A stretch of 21,838 nucleotides of DNA, taken from Archangiaceae bacterium (GTDB taxonomy: Bacteria; Myxococcota; Myxococcia; Myxococcales; Myxococcaceae). How positions within the stretch are numbered: position 1 is the first letter of the stretch; every line of letters begins with the position of its first letter. The notes below the pieces were generated by a model. The model searched no databases and was not told the DNA's origin. It saw nothing but the letters and a program-made list of their open reading frames with translations. Of the stretch, positions 15,721-21,838 are shown piece after piece. Made by a program: the position numbers and the translations under genes. The stretch spans positions 1-21,838 of the forward strand of contig JAYVCD010000389.1 in the NCBI GenBank assembly GCA_043750125.1. The letters are read 5' to 3'.

Positions 15721-16730
15721 GGAAACACCCGGAACACCGTGGCGCGCAGCAGCAATTCGAGCGCGAGCAACACGAAGGCCCACACCAGCAGGTCGTGAAA
15801 GTCTTCCCGGTAGGTGGTGGTGGCTCCGCCGTCCATCAGCTTGGTGCGCTCGAGCGAATCGAGAATTTCCTGCAGCCCCTTCTTCAGGCTCTCGCGATCC
15901 GTCGCCCGGAAATACTGCCCCCCGGTCTGTTTGGAGATGGTCTGCAGCAGCTCGGGGTTGATCGGAATGTCTACGTCCCGCCAGCTGGTGTTCCCGAACA
16001 GATCCAGCCCGGCGGGGAAGGGCACCTTGCCTCCCTTGCCCACGAGAATTGTGTAGATGGGAATCTTCAGCGCCTGGGCCATCGCCGCGGCGTCCAGGGG
16101 CGAAATCTTGCCGGCGTTGTTGTCGCCATCGGTGATCAGCACCACCACCCGGCTCTTCGCGTCCGAGTCGCGCAGCCGGTTGAGCGACGTGGCGAGCGCG
16201 TCCCCAATCGCCGTGCCGTCTTCGAGCACCCGGGTGCGCAGCTGCTTGACGACTTCCTTCAGCACCGAATAGTCGAGCGTCAACGGAGCCTGGGTGTACG
16301 CGGCCCCCGAAAAGACGACCAGGCCGATTCGGTCGTTGCTGCGGGCGCCGAGAAACTCGACCAGCACTTCCTTGGCGACGTGAAGCCGGTTCTGAGGCCG
16401 GAAGTCGGCGGCTTCCATCGAGGTCGACAGGTCGAAGGCGATCATGATGTCGATGCCTTCGACCGAGAGATCTCTCACCCGGGCGTCGCGTTCCTGGGGG
16501 CGGGCCAGCGCGAGGATCGCCAGGCCGATTCCCAGCGCCCGCATCACCGGCAAGAGCCACATCAGCCACGGACGAATTCCCCGCCCGTGGGCCACCAGCG
16601 CCGCGGCGGCAGAAAACCTAAGCACCGCGCGTCGCTTCCGCTCGACCAAAGCCCAGGCGAGGATCAGCGGGACCCCCAGCAACAGCCAGAGCGCCTGCGG
16701 GCTATTGAAGTGGGTCAGGTCGTTTGGCAT
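15717..16730 (-). CDS. batA: BatA-like VWA domain membrane protein, ~337 aa
   Basis: FNSPQALWLL N-terminus, ALARPQ, MIDAS DLSTSM, PLTLDY, GTAIGDAL, LITDGDNNAG, TGGQYFRA. Confidence 0.9.
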   Translation of the reverse strand: MPNDLTHFNSPQALWLLLGVPLILAWALVERKRRAVLRFSAAAALVAHGRGIRPWLMWLLPVMRALGIGLAILALARPQERDARVRDLSVEGIDIMIAFDLSTSMEAADFRPQNRLHVAKEVLVEFLGARSNDRIGLVVFSGAAYTQAPLTLDYSVLKEVVKQLRTRVLEDGTAIGDALATSLNRLRDSDAKSRVVVLITDGDNNAGKISPLDAAAMAQALKIPIYTILVGKGGKVPFPAGLDLFGNTSWRDVDIPINPELLQTISKQTGGQYFRATDRESLKKGLQEILDSLERTKLMDGGATTTYREDFHDLLVWAFVLLALELLLRATVFRVFP

Positions 16731-17682
16731 TGGCCGGCGCAGGCGCAACGAGGGCAGGGGTGGTCGCGGTGACGGCGCGATAGGCGAATTCCAGCGAAGC
16801 TTTGCACTCGTCCGGGGAAGGGGTCGCTTTGGCGTACTTGGCCAGGTCTGACTCGAAGACGAACGCGGTCAGCTCTTTCATCTGCAGCCCGGGGGTGTGC
16901 AGCGTGCGCAAGCTGTCGAGCAGCTCGGACGAGGTGCTCTCGAGCGCTTCGAACGCGTACCGTTCGCCGAGGTAGCTGCGCAGAATTTCCGAGAGAAAAA
17001 AGTAGAATTCGCGCGAACGGCCGGCACCGGGAAGATCTTGTGCGCGCAGCCCATCGAGTGCGGCGATCGCGCGGACGTGCAGGGCCTCGGGCGCTTTCGT
17101 CGCGACCCCTGCAATCGGCCGCGGTCGTTTCAGATATTTGTAGAGCGCGTACCCCATCGCGGCGCCGGCGATCAGCCCGGCGAGAATCACCACCAGGCGC
17201 CAGGTGCGAATCGGCACTTCCTGGGGAGGACGCACTTCGAACAATCCGGCTCCTTTCTGGGCCGCGTCGGCGGGCAGAGTGCTGAGCACCTCGAGGTTCA
17301 CCCCGGGCGCGGTGAAGTTCCCGACCGTCGCGCCTTCGAAGACTTCGAAAATGAAGGGCGGCGTCTTCTGCTTGCCCATCGCGAAGGCGGCCATCTTCAA
17401 ATCGAAGGTGGTGGTTGAAGACTCCGGCCCGTCGACCCGCGAGCGCGCAGACTCGAGCAGATCGAAGTCCCCCAGGTCGCCCGGGGTGCGCAGATCGACC
17501 CGCTGTCCTTTGTCGTGGGTGATCACCGCCTGCACCACGAACGGCTCTCCCAACTGCACCTGCTCGGGAATCGCGCGCACCAGCACCTGGCGGGGGGGCG
17601 CCAATGTCCCCGCGTCGGTCTGCGCGAAGGCAGCCATGGCGCTGAGCAGAAAAACGAGGAGCGGGGCCTTGACGGACGACAC
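16702..17682 (-). CDS. Bat-operon membrane protein (Ig-like domain + TM + helical DUF4381-like C-terminus), ~326 aa; start uncertain (17682 or 17718)
   Basis: Signal peptide, VQLGEPF Ig-like start, TM, then FYFFLSEILRSYLGERY...ALESTSSELL...SDLAKYA, the pattern of the conserved gene that precedes batA. Confidence 0.75.
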   Translation of the reverse strand: MSSVKAPLLVFLLSAMAAFAQTDAGTLAPPRQVLVRAIPEQVQLGEPFVVQAVITHDKGQRVDLRTPGDLGDFDLLESARSRVDGPESSTTTFDLKMAAFAMGKQKTPPFIFEVFEGATVGNFTAPGVNLEVLSTLPADAAQKGAGLFEVRPPQEVPIRTWRLVVILAGLIAGAAMGYALYKYLKRPRPIAGVATKAPEALHVRAIAALDGLRAQDLPGAGRSREFYFFLSEILRSYLGERYAFEALESTSSELLDSLRTLHTPGLQMKELTAFVFESDLAKYAKATPSPDECKASLEFAYRAVTATTPALVAPAPANAKRPDPLQ

Positions 17683-17786
17683 GTGCGACCCCGCGCATAG
17701 CAGGCCCCAATGCCTCATTCCCACCTACATCGGGTGCGATCCGCGCCTTGATCTTTCGACTGCGAGGGTGTGACGCTCTGTCGCAC

Positions 17787-18398
17787 ATGAGCCTGATGCC
17801 AATTGATCTCGATGCCGAGGCGATACTTTTCGACGGCCAATGGAGTACCAAGGACGACCTGGCCCGCCGCATCAAGGCCATGCTCGACGGGGGCGACTAT
17901 TCGATTACCCGGCAGAGCACCGCGCTCGAACAGCTCAGTCAGACCGTCTCTTCCGTTCGGACGCTGGCGTTCCGCGCCACGCCCGACCTGGTCGAGGCCC
18001 TGAACATGGCCGCCGCCCGCTCGGGAAAATCCGTCGGCGGCTTCATTCGCGACACCCTGATCGACAGCATCGCAGGCGTTCCGGAGGTGCCCCAGGCGCA
18101 CCCTAGCCAGGCGGCCGCTGCTGCTGGAGCCCTCGAGGCCCCCCAGATGCCCGCGGTCGCGACGCCCGAAGTGGTTTCCAGCTCGGTGGCGATTCCTCTT
18201 CCCCCCGCGGCACTCCCGCAGCTGTTTGCGGGGCCCGGTGCGCTCAAAGCCGCCGGTCTGCCCGGCCCGGTCAAAGACACCAGCAGCCCCAACGTGGTGG
18301 TCGAGCCCGCCCTGGCCAACGAAACAGCCATCGAGCTGACCAACCCGAAAAAGAAGGAAAAAGAAGACGAGAACGAGCGGCGCTGGTTCAACCAGTAG
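17787..18398 (+). CDS. Ribbon-helix-helix (CopG-like) domain protein with Pro/Ala-rich tail, ~203 aa
   Basis: RTLAFRATPDLVEALNMAAARSGKSVGGFIRDTL fits the RHH strand-helix-helix pattern. Start could be 17787 or 17796. Confidence 0.65.
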   Translation: MSLMPIDLDAEAILFDGQWSTKDDLARRIKAMLDGGDYSITRQSTALEQLSQTVSSVRTLAFRATPDLVEALNMAAARSGKSVGGFIRDTLIDSIAGVPEVPQAHPSQAAAAAGALEAPQMPAVATPEVVSSSVAIPLPPAALPQLFAGPGALKAAGLPGPVKDTSSPNVVVEPALANETAIELTNPKKKEKEDENERRWFNQ

Positions 18399-18446
18399 CC
18401 CGCCGTTCCGCCGAGAGGTATTGCCCGCCGAGAATGAAGACGCTAC

Positions 18447-19682
18447 TTGGGAGCGGTGCTTTCATTCGTCGTCGCGGCGCTGCTGAGCCAGTCGGTTCCC
18501 TGGGGCGCTGACGAGAGTCGGGGTGAAGATCTCGCCATCACCCTGGCCACCTTCGGGCCGGGCGAGAGCCTCGAGAGCTGGTGGGGACATTCGGCGATGG
18601 TGGTGGAAGACCGACGGCTGCATCAGGCCCGGCTCTACAACTACGGAATGTTCGATTTCAGCACCGGCTTCGTTCACAAGTTCGTGCAGGGCCGGCTCGA
18701 GTTCTGGGTCGAGGACACCGAGTACGTCACCGGCACCTACGAGGCGTATCGGCGGGGAAATCGCGACGTCCGGCTGCAGGAATTGAATCTGACTCCCGAC
18801 CAGCGGCGGGTCCTCGCGAAGTCCCTGGCCGACAACGTTCTGCCCGCCAACCGCGACTACCTGTACCACCACTACAACGACAACTGCTCTACCCGGCCCC
18901 GAGACCTGATCGACCGCGCCCTGGGCGGGCAGCTGCTCAAAGCCACCTCGCGCCCCGCCCGCATGTCGCTTCGAGAGCAGACCCGGCGCTATTCCTACGT
19001 CAGCCCTCCGATGAGCCTCGTGCTCGACTACCTGCAGAACGACGAGCTCGATCGCCCGATTACCGAACGGGAAGAGGCGTTCTTACCCGACGAGCTCGAG
19101 CGTCAGCTCGACCGGTTGAAGGTCGTGGGGTCCGATGGAACCCTTCAGCCCGCCGTCGCCCACAAGACTCTGTATTACGTGGCGAAGGACGGCCCGAAAG
19201 TTCCCGAGCAGCCTCCCGAATGGACATGGAACCTGCTGGCCGTGGGGTGCGCGTTGGGCGCCGCCGGTTTTGCGCTCAGCGCGTGGAATGCGCGGGGCGG
19301 TCGACTGCCCCGATTGGCCTGGGGCAGCTTCAACGCGTTGATCGGGCTCTTGTGGGGCTCGCTGGGCGTTTTCTTGTTCCTCGTCGGGCTGTTCACCAAC
19401 CACAGCGTCGCGCACCGAAACGAGAACCTGTTCTTGATCAACCCGTTCACCTTCGCCGCGCTGCCGTTGGGCGTGATGGTGATCTTCGGCAGCTCCCGTG
19501 CGCGCACCGGTCTGCGTTGGATCTGGACCGCGCTCGCTGCGACCGCGGTGCTCGGCGTGCTCGCGAAAGTTTTGCCGATGTTCGACCAGCAGAACTGGAA
19601 CCTGATCGCGCTGGTTCTTCCGGTGTCGGTAGCGATGGCGGCCAGCACCTGGCTCGACCATCGCCGCCGACCTGCCGCCTGA
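18447..19682 (+). CDS. DUF4105 / Lnb-like (lipoprotein N-acyltransferase-type) membrane protein, ~411 aa
   Basis: TFGPG...WWGHSA, YNYGMFDF, LQELNL, YLYHHYNDNCSTRPRD (His and Cys catalytic candidates), then about 5 C-terminal TMs with NENL. Confidence 0.8.
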   Translation: MGAVLSFVVAALLSQSVPWGADESRGEDLAITLATFGPGESLESWWGHSAMVVEDRRLHQARLYNYGMFDFSTGFVHKFVQGRLEFWVEDTEYVTGTYEAYRRGNRDVRLQELNLTPDQRRVLAKSLADNVLPANRDYLYHHYNDNCSTRPRDLIDRALGGQLLKATSRPARMSLREQTRRYSYVSPPMSLVLDYLQNDELDRPITEREEAFLPDELERQLDRLKVVGSDGTLQPAVAHKTLYYVAKDGPKVPEQPPEWTWNLLAVGCALGAAGFALSAWNARGGRLPRLAWGSFNALIGLLWGSLGVFLFLVGLFTNHSVAHRNENLFLINPFTFAALPLGVMVIFGSSRARTGLRWIWTALAATAVLGVLAKVLPMFDQQNWNLIALVLPVSVAMAASTWLDHRRRPAA

Positions 19683-19685
19683 CGG

Positions 19686-20267
19686 TTACTTGAAGTTCGC
19701 GGACGCGAAGTCCCAATTCACCAGGCTGTTGAGGAACGTCTCGACGTACTTCGCCCGCAGGTTCCGGTAGTCGATGTAGTACGCGTGCTCCCAGACATCG
19801 CAGGTGAGCAGGCAGGTCGCTCCCTTCGCCATCGGGGTCTCTGCGTTCGAGGTGGTGGTGATCTCGAGCTTCCCGCCGTTGTTCACCAGCCAGGCCCAGC
19901 CGGAAGCGAACTGCTTCACCGCGGCGTCCTGAAACTTGCCCTTGAACTCGGCGTAACTGCCGAAGTCCTTCTTGATCGCCTCGAGCAGCTTACCGGTCGG
20001 CTCACCCCCGCCATTGGGCTTCATCGAGGTCCAGTAGAAGTCGTGGTTCCAGACCTGCGCGGCGTTGTTGAACAGCGGGCCCGGGCTCGCAGTCTTGACC
20101 AGCTCTTCAAGCGACTTGTCGGCTTCGGGCTTGCCCGCCAACAGGTTCTTCAAGTTCGTCATGTACGTCTGGTGGTGCTTCTCATAGTGGAACGAGAGCG
20201 TCTCGCCCGTGAGGTGGGGCGCCAGCGCGTCTTTTGCGTACGGAAGGGGGGCGAGCTCGAATTTCAT
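19686..20267 (-). CDS. sodB: Superoxide dismutase, Fe-type, 193 aa
   Basis: LPYAKDALAPH, HYEKHH, FNNAAQVWNH (AAQ indicates the Fe type), SGWAWL and DVWEHAYY. Confidence 0.95.
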   Translation of the reverse strand: MKFELAPLPYAKDALAPHLTGETLSFHYEKHHQTYMTNLKNLLAGKPEADKSLEELVKTASPGPLFNNAAQVWNHDFYWTSMKPNGGGEPTGKLLEAIKKDFGSYAEFKGKFQDAAVKQFASGWAWLVNNGGKLEITTTSNAETPMAKGATCLLTCDVWEHAYYIDYRNLRAKYVETFLNSLVNWDFASANFK

Positions 20268-20364
20268 GGTGTCGACCTTTTTTGGGAGGCAGTGCGGGTT
20301 GGAAAGGGGGCTTTCTAAACCAAGCGAATCCTGAGTGACGCAATGATTGTGCTAGGGAACGGCC

Positions 20365-21484
20365 ATGGCGAAGGACACGCAGGAAATGATCGCAGATCTC
20401 CAGGGGCGCCTCATGGGCCTCCGGGGGAGTCTTTGACCTCGATCGCAAGAAAAGCCGCATCGCGCTGATCGAACGCGACTCGACACTGCCCAACTTCTGG
20501 GACGACAACGTCAAGGCGCAGGGGCTGCTCAAAGAAAAGACGCTGCTCGAGCAGTCGCTGGCGTCGTGGGAAAGGTCCCAGCGCGGGTTGGATGACGCGA
20601 AGACGCTGTTCGAGCTCGCCACCGAGGCCAACGACGAGGCGACCCGTCTCGAGGCCTTCGCCGCCCTGTCCGACGTAGAGCTTCAGGTCAAAGGGCTCGA
20701 GCTGGCGAAGATGCTCTCGGGCGAAAATGACCGACGCAATTGCTTCATGGACATCAACGCTGGCGCAGGTGGCACCGAGTCGATGGACTGGGCCGCAATG
20801 CTTTTGCGCATGTACACCCGGTATTGCGAGAAGCGCGGGTGGAAGGTCGAGATCAGCGACGCCGTCCCGGGCGAAGAGGCGGGGTTCAAGAACGTCTCGC
20901 TGCACGTGCAGGGCGACTTCGCGTACGGCTACTTGAAGGCCGAAGTGGGCGTGCACCGCCTGGTGCGCATCAGCCCGTTCGATTCGAACGCCCGCCGCCA
21001 GACGAGTTTCGTCTCGGTCGACGTGTATCCAGAGATCGACGACGAGGTGAAGATCGAGATCCCCGAGTCGGACTACGAGCTGAAGTTCATTCGGGGAAGC
21101 GGCGCCGGCGGTCAGAAAGTGAACAAGACGTCCTCGACCGCCCAGCTGCGCCACATTCCCACCGGGATGATGATCACCACCCAGACCGAGCGATCGCAGA
21201 CCGCGAACCGCGACATGGCTTTTCAAATTCTGCGGTCCAGGCTGTACGACCTGGAAATGAAGCGGCGCGCCGACGTGCGCAACGCGGCCGAAGATCAGAA
21301 AAAAGACATCTCGTTCGGCTCGCAGATTCGTTCCTACGTTCTGGCTCCGTACCGGATGGTGAAGGATCTGCGCACCGGAATGGAAACCGGCAACGTCGAC
21401 AAGTTTCTCGATGGCGACGTCGAAGACTTCATCACCGCGCAGTTGATGGGCGTGAAGAACCCGTCCCGCGCGCCGCCCGAATAG
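20365..21484 (+). CDS. prfB: Peptide chain release factor 2 (join 20365..20433, 20435..21484; programmed +1 frameshift), ~372 aa
   Basis: ORF1 MAKDTQEMIADLQGRLMGLRGSL-stop. The +1 frame DLDRKKSRI...NFWDD continues into the 20588 ORF, which has GAGGTES.DWA, SPF and GGQ motifs. Confidence 0.97.
20422..20437 (+). other. RF2 programmed +1 ribosomal frameshift site
   Basis: CGGGGG-AGT-CTT-TGA-C: internal SD-like run, 3-nt spacer, then the canonical CTTTGAC. Confidence 0.95.
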
Positions 21485-21501
21485 AGCGGGGGCGGGGGCT
21501 G

Positions 21502-21838
21502 ATGCGACTCGTGCTCCTCGGTTGTTTGCTGTCTTTAACCGCGCTGGCCCGAGATCGCGTGGCCACCGCCCGCGAGACTCAGGCCCTGCCGTTGAAGAAG
21601 CTCTTCGCGGACGCCGGACTGAAGTACCCGCCCGAACAGCTCTACCTGCGGGCGTTCAAGCAACAAATGCAGCTCGAAGTCTGGTCCGGCCCCCGGGCAA
21701 AGGCGCTGAAGCTCATCGCGCGCTACCCCATCTGCGCGGCGTCGGGGCTCCTGGGCCCGAAGCGCGAAGAGGGGGACCTGCAGGTTCCCGAGGGGTTCTA
21801 CGAAATCAAGAGCTTCAACCCGACCAGCAACTTCCACC
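21502..21838 (+). CDS. YafK/DpaA-type L,D-transpeptidase-family protein, 5' part (runs off the window; absent from the ORF track)
   Basis: Manual translation: MRLVLLGCLLSLTALA...LYLRAFKQQMQLEVW...YPICAASGLLGPKREEGDLQVPEGFYEIKSFNPTSNFH, matching the family signature GPK..EGD.Q.PEGFY...NP.S.FH. Confidence 0.88.
   Translation, partial: MRLVLLGCLLSLTALARDRVATARETQALPLKKLFADAGLKYPPEQLYLRAFKQQMQLEVWSGPRAKALKLIARYPICAASGLLGPKREEGDLQVPEGFYEIKSFNPTSNFH

Noticed and set aside
15721-16569. 283-aa N-terminal extension of the BatB ORF (track ORF 14662..16569) overlapping batA
   Set aside because: The extension is Arg/Gly/Pro-rich off-frame translation of batA in GC-rich DNA. GTG 15720 gives the normal GTGA coupling and expected BatB size, and no slippery site suggests a BatA-BatB fusion.
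17768-17786. CRP/FNR box (TGTGA...TCGCA)
   Set aside because: The spacer is 7 nt rather than the required 6; kept only as a generic inverted repeat.
18408-18433. 9-bp direct repeat CCGCCGAGA x2 upstream of the Lnb-like gene
   Set aside because: Short and GC-rich with no other support; may be chance.
20297-20321. Imperfect hairpin GGTTGGAAAG-GGGG-CTTTCTAAACC between sodB and prfB
   Set aside because: Lies between divergent starts with no U-tract, so not a supportable terminator; no clear Fur box either.
20411-21837. Minus-strand ORFs 20411..21226 and 21535..21837
   Set aside because: Antisense to prfB and to the L,D-transpeptidase-family gene, both of which have clear motifs.
1-21838. CRISPR arrays, tRNA/rRNA genes, transposases, integrases, prophage genes
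   Set aside because: None recognised: the window is almost entirely protein-coding with short intergenic gaps and no regularly spaced repeats.

Overview
GC-rich bacterial window, most consistent with a myxobacterium (Myxococcota); this is inferred from gene content and D(A/G)G low-complexity linkers. Bases 1-5762 (minus strand) hold a compact, atypical type III secretion (T3SS) gene cluster: needle/filament-like gene, inner-rod-like gene, sctJ, FliG/SctK-like gene, sctQ, fliO, sctR, sctS, sctT and the first codons of a probable sctU. It mixes injectisome-type parts with flagellar-type export-gate traits (FliO, signal peptide on SctR/FliP). No ATPase, stator or secretin gene lies within the window. 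A 27-bp sigma54-like motif (21/27 identical) precedes the needle-like gene and sctQ, and a related motif precedes the upstream patatin gene. Next come a PilZ protein, a single-domain response regulator, a MacB/LolCDE-type ABC transporter coupled to a batA-E-like VWA/TPR operon, a ribbon-helix-helix protein, an Lnb/DUF4105 protein, Fe-SOD, prfB with its programmed +1 frameshift, and the start of a YafK/DpaA-type L,D-transpeptidase-family gene. All calls come from reading motifs by eye; no database searches were run.
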